Source: TPA_inf: Saccharomyces
Taxonomy: Eukaryota
Assembly: GCA_000146045.2 (NCBI GenBank)
Contig: BK006947.3
Location: forward strand, 608,001-672,000
Direction of reading: 5' to 3'
DNA length: 64,000 nt
Numbering within the stretch: the first letter of the stretch is position 1; the number at the start of each line of letters is the position of its first letter. Both the position numbers and the translations under genes were made by a program. The notes under the pieces are model-generated. The model made no database searches. It had not been told where the DNA came from and saw only the letters and a list, made by a program, of their open reading frames with translations. This document shows positions 56,270 to 64,000 of the stretch, one piece after another.

Positions 56270-56944
56270 ATGAAGATTTTAACCCAAGACGAAATTGAAG
56301 CTCATCGCTCACATACGCTAAAAGGTGGTATTGAAGGTGCCCTTGCCGGATTTGCAATCTCTGCTATAATTTTCAAAGTCCTACCAAGAAGGTACCCAAA
56401 ATTCAAGCCTTCGACTCTAACATGGTCCATAAAAACCGCCCTTTGGATCACCCCTCCCACGGTCTTGACTGCTATATGTGCGGAGGAGGCCTCGAACAAT
56501 TTCGACGCTACAATGTACGGATCCGGTTCCTCCTCGGAAGACGCACTAGATGAGCACAGAAGATGGAAGAGTTTGAGTACAAAGGACAAGTTTGTCGAAG
56601 GTCTATCTAATAACAAGTATAAGATCATCACCGGTGCCTGGGCCGCTTCGCTGTATGGGTCGTGGGTAATCGTGAACAAAGACCCCATCATGACCAAAGC
56701 TCAGAAGATCGTGCAGGCAAGAATGTACGCTCAATTCATTACCGTCGGGCTGCTGCTGGCCTCCGTTGGTTTGAGCATGTACGAGAATAAGTTACATCCT
56801 AACAAACAAAAGGTCAACGAAATGCGCCGCTGGGAAAACGCACTGAGGGTCGCCGAAGAGGAAGAGAGACTCGAGAAAGAGGGAAGAAGGACCGGCTACG
56901 TTTCTAACGAAGAAAGAATAAACTCCAAGATCTTCAAGTCGTAA
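56270..56944 (+). CDS. RCF2: Respiratory supercomplex factor (HIG1/Hig-2 domain), 224 aa
   Basis: Two TM hairpins and a HIG1-like domain. Charged C-terminus. Confidence 0.85.
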   Translation: MKILTQDEIEAHRSHTLKGGIEGALAGFAISAIIFKVLPRRYPKFKPSTLTWSIKTALWITPPTVLTAICAEEASNNFDATMYGSGSSSEDALDEHRRWKSLSTKDKFVEGLSNNKYKIITGAWAASLYGSWVIVNKDPIMTKAQKIVQARMYAQFITVGLLLASVGLSMYENKLHPNKQKVNEMRRWENALRVAEEEERLEKEGRRTGYVSNEERINSKIFKS

Positions 56945-57338
56945 ACCTCGTCGGTTTATCTGCCTCAACTTTATTTCCGCTCCTCGTCTTTTATAAAATT
57001 CCTTTCATCAATACATCTATATATTCGAATATATAGATAAACCAATACAAAAACATACTGAAATTTTTTGAAAACAACTAAAACTATTCATTGCAGTTAC
57101 ACGTGAATGCTAAACTTTATATCGCTCTTGTCGGTCCCGCGGAGTTAACATTTAACGGCTTCTCGCGCAATAACCGGAAAAATTCCAACAGTTTCTTTGT
57201 AATATTATTAAGCCTTCTTTTTTCCCGGAATCTATAAGAGGGGACGAAAATTAGCCGCTATTAATTCTGGTATTGCCACCTAGACAAGAAGTAAACAGAC
57301 ACATTACGTTAGCAAAAGCAACAATAACAAACACAACC

Positions 57339-59267
57339 ATGGACAAGAAGAAGGATCTACTGGAGAACGAACAATTTCTCCGCATCCAAAAGCTCAACGC
57401 TGCCGATGCGGGCAAAAGACAATCTATAACAGTGGACGACGAGGGCGAACTATATGGGTTAGACACCTCCGGCAACTCACCAGCCAATGAACACACAGCT
57501 ACCACAATTACACAGAATCACAGCGTGGTGGCCTCAAACGGAGACGTCGCATTCATCCCAGGAACTGCTACCGAAGGCAATACAGAGATTGTAACTGAAG
57601 AAGTGATTGAGACCGATGATAACATGTTCAAGACCCATGTGAAGACTTTAAGCTCCAAAGAGAAGGCACGGTATAGGCAAGGGTCCTCTAACTTTATATC
57701 GTATTTCGATGATATGTCATTTGAACACAGGCCCAGTATATTAGATGGGTCAGTTAACGAGCCCTTCAAGACCAAATTCGTGGGACCTACTTTAGAAAAG
57801 GAGATCAGAAGAAGGGAGAAAGAGCTAATGGCCATGCGCAAAAATTTACACCACCGCAAGTCCTCCCCAGATGCTGTCGACTCAGTAGGGAAAAATGATG
57901 GCGCCGCCCCAACTACTGTTCCAACTGCCGCCACCTCAGAAACGGTGGTCACCGTTGAAACCACCATAATTTCATCCAATTTCTCCGGGTTGTACGTGGC
58001 GTTTTGGATGGCTATTGCATTTGGTGCTGTCAAGGCTTTAATAGACTATTATTACCAGCATAATGGTAGCTTCAAGGATTCGGAGATCTTGAAATTTATG
58101 ACTACGAATTTGTTCACTGTGGCATCCGTAGATCTTTTGATGTATTTGAGCACTTATTTTGTCGTTGGAATACAATACTTATGCAAGTGGGGGGTCTTGA
58201 AATGGGGCACTACCGGCTGGATCTTCACCTCAATTTACGAGTTTTTGTTTGTTATCTTCTACATGTATTTAACAGAAAACATCCTAAAACTACACTGGCT
58301 GTCCAAGATCTTCCTTTTTTTGCATTCTTTAGTTTTATTGATGAAAATGCATTCTTTCGCCTTCTACAATGGCTATCTATGGGGTATAAAGGAAGAACTA
58401 CAATTTTCCAAAAGCGCTCTTGCCAAATACAAGGATTCTATAAATGATCCAAAAGTTATTGGTGCTCTTGAGAAAAGCTGTGAGTTTTGTAGTTTTGAAT
58501 TGAGCTCTCAGTCTTTAAGCGACCAAACTCAAAAATTCCCCAACAATATCAGTGCAAAAAGCTTTTTTTGGTTCACCATGTTTCCAACCCTAATTTACCA
58601 AATTGAATATCCAAGAACTAAGGAAATCAGATGGAGCTACGTATTAGAAAAGATCTGCGCCATCTTCGGTACCATTTTCTTAATGATGATAGATGCTCAA
58701 ATCTTGATGTATCCTGTAGCAATGAGAGCATTGGCTGTGCGCAATTCTGAATGGACTGGTATATTGGATAGATTATTGAAATGGGTTGGATTGCTCGTTG
58801 ATATCGTCCCAGGGTTTATCGTGATGTACATCTTGGACTTCTATTTGATTTGGGATGCCATTTTGAACTGTGTGGCTGAATTGACAAGATTTGGCGACAG
58901 ATATTTCTACGGTGACTGGTGGAATTGTGTTAGTTGGGCAGACTTCAGTAGAATTTGGAACATCCCAGTGCATAAGTTTTTGTTAAGACATGTTTACCAT
59001 AGTTCAATGAGTTCATTCAAATTGAACAAGAGTCAAGCAACTTTGATGACCTTTTTCTTAAGTTCCGTCGTTCATGAATTAGCAATGTACGTTATCTTCA
59101 AGAAATTGAGGTTTTACTTGTTCTTCTTCCAAATGCTGCAAATGCCATTAGTAGCTTTAACAAATACTAAATTCATGAGGAACAGAACCATAATCGGAAA
59201 TGTTATTTTCTGGCTCGGTATCTGCATGGGACCAAGTGTCATGTGTACGTTGTACTTGACATTCTAA
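57339..59267 (+). CDS. ARE2: Acyl-CoA:sterol acyltransferase (MBOAT family), 642 aa
   Basis: First ATG at 57339 (MDKKKDLLENEQFLRIQ...), 22 codons inside the track ORF. MBOAT FYRDWWN-like motif FYGDWWN and the catalytic His region. Confidence 0.93.
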   Translation: MDKKKDLLENEQFLRIQKLNAADAGKRQSITVDDEGELYGLDTSGNSPANEHTATTITQNHSVVASNGDVAFIPGTATEGNTEIVTEEVIETDDNMFKTHVKTLSSKEKARYRQGSSNFISYFDDMSFEHRPSILDGSVNEPFKTKFVGPTLEKEIRRREKELMAMRKNLHHRKSSPDAVDSVGKNDGAAPTTVPTAATSETVVTVETTIISSNFSGLYVAFWMAIAFGAVKALIDYYYQHNGSFKDSEILKFMTTNLFTVASVDLLMYLSTYFVVGIQYLCKWGVLKWGTTGWIFTSIYEFLFVIFYMYLTENILKLHWLSKIFLFLHSLVLLMKMHSFAFYNGYLWGIKEELQFSKSALAKYKDSINDPKVIGALEKSCEFCSFELSSQSLSDQTQKFPNNISAKSFFWFTMFPTLIYQIEYPRTKEIRWSYVLEKICAIFGTIFLMMIDAQILMYPVAMRALAVRNSEWTGILDRLLKWVGLLVDIVPGFIVMYILDFYLIWDAILNCVAELTRFGDRYFYGDWWNCVSWADFSRIWNIPVHKFLLRHVYHSSMSSFKLNKSQATLMTFFLSSVVHELAMYVIFKKLRFYLFFFQMLQMPLVALTNTKFMRNRTIIGNVIFWLGICMGPSVMCTLYLTF

Positions 59268-59313
59268 GGCATCCTGCAACTGTTCTGTGGAGCTATTAAA
59301 TCTTTATAGTAAA

Positions 59314-59319
59314 TTTTTT

Positions 59320-59350
<31 letters not shown>
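59314..59350 (+). repeat. Homopolymeric T tract: T9-AC-T26
   Basis: 26 consecutive T seen between the convergent 3' ends of ARE2 and ATP23. Confidence 0.9.
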
Positions 59351-59409
59351 ATTATTTACAAGCGTCTATATATTTTCTATTATAGAATATTGTCATTTAT
59401 TACATTGGT

Positions 59410-60093
59410 TCATCTGTAAATCTCATCAAACGGTCTCGTATCGGCGAAGCAACTGTCCCAAACTTCATCTACAATTTTTGCTGCATGTTCTTTGCTTTGG
59501 CAGTTGGGGTTCCCCGAAACACTAATTATTGCCCTCCTTCTAACACAATCTTGGTGTCCCCTTGCCACATGGAATCCTGTCCTAAACCCTCTTCTCTTGA
59601 ACTCTTCCCAAAACCTGCATTCCCCACTTAACGAAGAGGCTCTGATTTCAGAACATGCATGATGCTTCAGATTTAACCAATCTATTTGCCATTTTAGATC
59701 ATCGAAATAATGAATTAATTCATGCGAAAGCGTATCCTCTAAATGCCACTTATCACGTAACCTGTTCTGGCACAATAGGATTCCCAATTCAGGATGAAAG
59801 CCACCGCCCTTCCAGTCGGGACAGTAATCGCAGATGATCTTCGAATCGTCGAATTTACTGTCGCTACCCTTATTAAGTTTCGTAATAGCTTGTACCATAA
59901 AGCGAACTGTGGGAGAGTATTTAAGCATCCAATCTCGATACTCATAACATTTCAGACATTCCTTTTTTAGTTCTCGAGCTTTAGAGTCGTCTTCGTATCG
60001 AGTTTTCTCCTCCGGTGTCAAGCCTATACCAGTCTTGTACTGCATGGTCCGTCTCCACCACTCAAACCCAGCATTATCCCCACTGCTATTCAT
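59410..60093 (-). CDS. ATP23: Mitochondrial inner-membrane HEXXH metalloprotease and F1Fo assembly factor, 227 aa
   Basis: First ATG (MNSSGDNAGFEWWRRTMQ...) at 60093. The track ORF is extended 52 codons from a TTG. HELIH zinc motif. Confidence 0.9.
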   Translation of the reverse strand: MNSSGDNAGFEWWRRTMQYKTGIGLTPEEKTRYEDDSKARELKKECLKCYEYRDWMLKYSPTVRFMVQAITKLNKGSDSKFDDSKIICDYCPDWKGGGFHPELGILLCQNRLRDKWHLEDTLSHELIHYFDDLKWQIDWLNLKHHACSEIRASSLSGECRFWEEFKRRGFRTGFHVARGHQDCVRRRAIISVSGNPNCQSKEHAAKIVDEVWDSCFADTRPFDEIYR

Positions 60094-60376
60094 ATCGTGC
60101 CAAAAAAAAAAAAAATTCGGTACTATCAGCTTTCCTTGGTTTTGGTTGTACAAATTATGCCTTACTCTTCTGATCATTTTGATATTAGAACTCTTATTTT
60201 TCTTATTTGTTCGCATCGTCATAAATGATAATTGGCGAAAACGCGCCAAAAAGTGAAAAAGTGAGAACTACTTGAAAAAAAAAAGTTTGATATTATAGGT
60301 ATTATTGCTCAAATAGGTACGATATTGTTGTAGGCATAAAAATTAGATTAGCAGAACCCTTTTCCATTTCATTAAC

Positions 60377-61591
60377 ATGTCTAGTTCAATATTTGGCCCA
60401 CTTACGGGTTTTTTGGAGCGTGTCAATTCACTCAATGCGCCCTACCAAGCATTATCATATGACGAACAAAAGGCCATGACTATTTGGCAAAGAGTCAAAT
60501 TCTACAACTGGACTTTTGAATTGTGTGCTCTAGGTGTGTTGTTCTTGGTTTATGCTTTCTACAAATTTGGTAACTCCGTTAATTTGAAGCGCGGAAATCA
60601 GATTTTCCAATCTTTGCATTCATTTTTGGCCAACGACTTAAAGTTCTCCCGTGTAGGGTTCAATATCAATGATTCCAAAATCTTTACAGTGGAACACCAA
60701 AATACATGGTTCTCTTCTTTTGCTACCGGTAGATCCGCCATCAAGAGCATCAACCTAAACCTTCATCTGGTAGCCCGTAGCAACCCTTTCTCTATGTGTC
60801 TAGAGTACCTGCTTGGATTTTTTTTTGCAAGTTTGAAAAGTAAGCAATTGGAAGAATTTATGGAGATCGTGATCAGGCCAAATGGTATTTTAGTTACTAG
60901 TGAATCTGCTCATCCTAACAAGAATGCGCATGAAATTTTGACCAAATTTAGATTTGTCACTTCTATTGTTAACAAAGAATTCATGAATCAAGCTAGAACT
61001 GAAAACTATTTCCTGTCTATTGCACACACTAGTGAAAACGATAAACTACCAAATAACTTCGTCTACATGTCCGATGTTAATCAATTATCAGGGTTCATGT
61101 TTCATTACTCCAAGCCCTATGAGGTTTTGTCCCAAGCTGGTAATCTTTTGAAATATATAAGTTTCACCGATTTGCCTGTCAACCCGCCACGCGATGATAA
61201 AGAATGGGAATCTTCAATTGAACCAAAGGCTATCATTCGTTGCGCTGTTCCCCAAAATGAGAATGAATTGAAGTTGTTAAACCAAATTATTTCCTTAGTC
61301 GTAGAAATCTACGATGGGTTCACTCAAGATTTAGTCCAACAGTCTCCAAACTTATTCATTACCAACGACATCTTGAAAAGAACTACCAACTTGCGTCAGC
61401 AAGAACTGAACAAGATCAAAAAGTTTATGAAAGAAACTGAATTGGAATTGGCAAAGGAGAAGAAATTAGAATTGGAAAAAGCCAAAAGACGTCAATTGAA
61501 GGCCTCTGGTCAACAAGAAAAGGTAGATCAAAAAATGAAAGAGAAAAGAGAAAGACGTCTCAAAAACAAGCAAAGAACAAGATTTCAGTAA
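60377..61591 (+). CDS. Uncharacterised ER membrane protein with N-terminal TM and C-terminal Lys/Glu-rich coiled coil (YNR021W; CCDC47-like, DUF1682), 404 aa
   Basis: ATG ORF. One N-terminal TM (LCALGVLFLVYAFY) and a KEKKLELEKAKRRQLK coiled-coil tail. Confidence 0.8.
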   Translation: MSSSIFGPLTGFLERVNSLNAPYQALSYDEQKAMTIWQRVKFYNWTFELCALGVLFLVYAFYKFGNSVNLKRGNQIFQSLHSFLANDLKFSRVGFNINDSKIFTVEHQNTWFSSFATGRSAIKSINLNLHLVARSNPFSMCLEYLLGFFFASLKSKQLEEFMEIVIRPNGILVTSESAHPNKNAHEILTKFRFVTSIVNKEFMNQARTENYFLSIAHTSENDKLPNNFVYMSDVNQLSGFMFHYSKPYEVLSQAGNLLKYISFTDLPVNPPRDDKEWESSIEPKAIIRCAVPQNENELKLLNQIISLVVEIYDGFTQDLVQQSPNLFITNDILKRTTNLRQQELNKIKKFMKETELELAKEKKLELEKAKRRQLKASGQQEKVDQKMKEKRERRLKNKQRTRFQ

Positions 61592-61773
61592 GAACCACTT
61601 TGTTCTTCTTTCCTCCTTATAATTTTCTGAACCTCTTCAGTTTTTGTATACGAACGTTTTCCATGTATCCATACATTTAAATAGTAAGTATGTAAATTGG
61701 TATGTGGTGTTTTGAATTGCGATGTTGCCTATATACAAGATTGTACGCTATCTGAATACATACTCTTTACCAA

Positions 61774-62220
<447 letters not shown>

Positions 62221-62417
62221 TTAGTTAGCCTTTTATATTCCTTACGGTATAACGTAACTTAACTGCCCTTTGAGTTTGCTTTTTCATCGGAAAGAACAAA
62301 TGAACTAAAAACTTGCAATAATAAACAAAAAAAATACAAAATAACGTGGATGTATTAAACCAAAAACAAAATAAGACAACTCTAAAGCTGTCAAACAGAG
62401 ATCTAACGGATTGAACC

Positions 62418-64000
62418 ATGTCCAAAGTAATGAAACCCAGCAACGGAAAAGGTTCTAGAAAGAGTTCAAAAGCAGCCACACCTGATACTAAAAATTTCTT
62501 TCATGCAAAGAAAAAGGATCCGGTGAACCAAGATAAAGCAAATAATGCTTCTCAAATTACGCCAACAGTGCCACATTCTCATCCATCAGATATGGTTATC
62601 CCTGACCATTTAGCCGAATTGATTCCTGAGCTGTATTCTTTCCAACAACTGGTGGATTCCGAGAAAAGATTAGATCATTTTATTCATCTGCGAAACTTAC
62701 ATATGAAGCGAATGGTTGCGCAGTGGGAGAGGTCAAAGCTATCCCAAGAGTTTCTTTATCCTCATTTAAATTTTCCAAATGTAAAATTTCTCCGAATCTT
62801 CATTTCAAATGTTAGTGAAAACCAACCCTGGCAAATGGACACAAACAATGAGGCTGACCTTATGGCACTGGAGAATGCCACTTGGACGATGAGAATCGAA
62901 GGTCGATTATTGGACAATGTGCAAGCTAATGATCCAGCAAGAGAAAAATTTAGCTCATTCATAGAATCGATAGTGGTAGACTTCAAAAATAAGGAAAACG
63001 ATAATGTGCCATCGACTAAATTTAATGCGGCCCCTGAAGAAAATGCCACCGAAGGACCCAGTGATAAGAAATTGAACTTAAACTTACCGTTACAATTTTC
63101 ACTGCCGAATGGTGACAACTCTACTACGACTAATACCGACCAAAATAATGCCACGATGGGGGAGGAGACTGCCAAAAAGGATATGAGTTCTACAACTCCA
63201 AAACTAGAATCAGTGAAATGGCAGTATGACCCGAATAATCCTGTAGACTTCGATGGTCTCGATATTAAGAGGGTAGGGTCTGAAAATGTAGAATGCACTA
63301 TAAGCATCCTGCGAAAATCATCCCCAGAAGAGCCATTTATGAGCTACTCTCCACAACTAACCGCAATAATAGGATTGAAGAGCGGTACATCACATGATGC
63401 AATATTTTCCATATATAAATACATCCATTTAAATGAATTGCTTACCAATGATGAGTCTGCATTCGAAAATTTGATGGGCAACAGGAACAATCACAATAGC
63501 AACACCAGTACTAGTAAGATGCTTGATGCAGCCTCCAGTCAAGTTTCTATTGTAAAATTAGACACTCAGCTTATTACCTTATTACCCAGCAGTCTTAAAG
63601 AATCTTCTCCAGATACAATGAAATTAACGGATTTACTGTCCCTTATTAATAGTACTCACCTGCTCCCATTACAGCCAATTGAAATTGATTACACAGTACG
63701 CGTTGATAAAGCTTCCACTTATGGTGAGTTGGTTCTTGATATTGAAGTACCTGATGTCAACGCTCTAAAATTCAATAATACACAAAGAGAAAGTCAAATT
63801 GGGGCTGCTGAATTGAATGAAAATGCCAGGGAATTGGAACAAATCAAACCCAAGATAGCTTTACAGGACAAAGAAATAACGTCCGTTCTCTCGAATCTAC
63901 ACGAGAGCAACAAACGATACCGTTTCTTCAAGAAAATTAGTGAGGACCCAGTTAAAGCATTAAATGAATGCATTGCTTCTACCTCGAATGCTTTGAAAGT
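62418..64000 (+). CDS. SNF12: SWI/SNF complex 73-kDa subunit (SWIB/MDM2 domain), first ~527 codons; 3' end beyond window
   Basis: ATG at 62418 ([23 protein letters not shown]...). The frame is open to the window edge. It is absent from the track only because there is no in-window stop. SWIB-like segment [35 protein letters not shown]. Confidence 0.85.

Overview
This window looks like Saccharomyces cerevisiae chromosome XIV spanning the centromere (CEN14), roughly 20.8 kb of left-arm sequence and 43 kb of right-arm sequence. It is densely and conventionally annotated nuclear DNA, and I see no sign of a novel or undescribed system. I identified it from protein recognition and gene order, not a database search. 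I read the gene order as HEF3(3' part)-SPO1-YNL011C-YNL010W-IDP3-ASI3-SIS1-LST8-MRP7-HRB1-PET8-RLP7-DOM34-CEN14-CIT1-tRNA-Pro-[delta fragment + tau solo LTR]-tRNA-Asn-ATO2-RPC34-SWM2-VPS27-ATG3-LRO1-NRM1-CSE2-PRP2-URK1-PHO91-YNR014W-SMM1(DUS2)-ACC1-TIM23-RCF2-ARE2-ATP23-YNR021W-MRPL50-SNF12(5' part). Two genes carry spliceosomal introns near their 5' ends (SPO1, HRB1). The six-frame track misses the short first exons, and because it permits non-ATG starts, several listed ORFs carry spurious N-terminal extensions. I trimmed these to the first in-frame ATG that matches the known protein. The intergenic DNA contains a textbook point centromere. It also holds a Ty landing pad between two divergent tRNA genes, with a full 371-bp tau element next to a truncated delta. 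Several promoter elements are recognisable, and there are several micro/minisatellites and long homopolymer tracts. Hand-derived coordinates (introns, centromere, tRNAs, LTRs, motifs) should be treated as accurate to about ±1-2 nt. CDS ends come from the ORF track frames.
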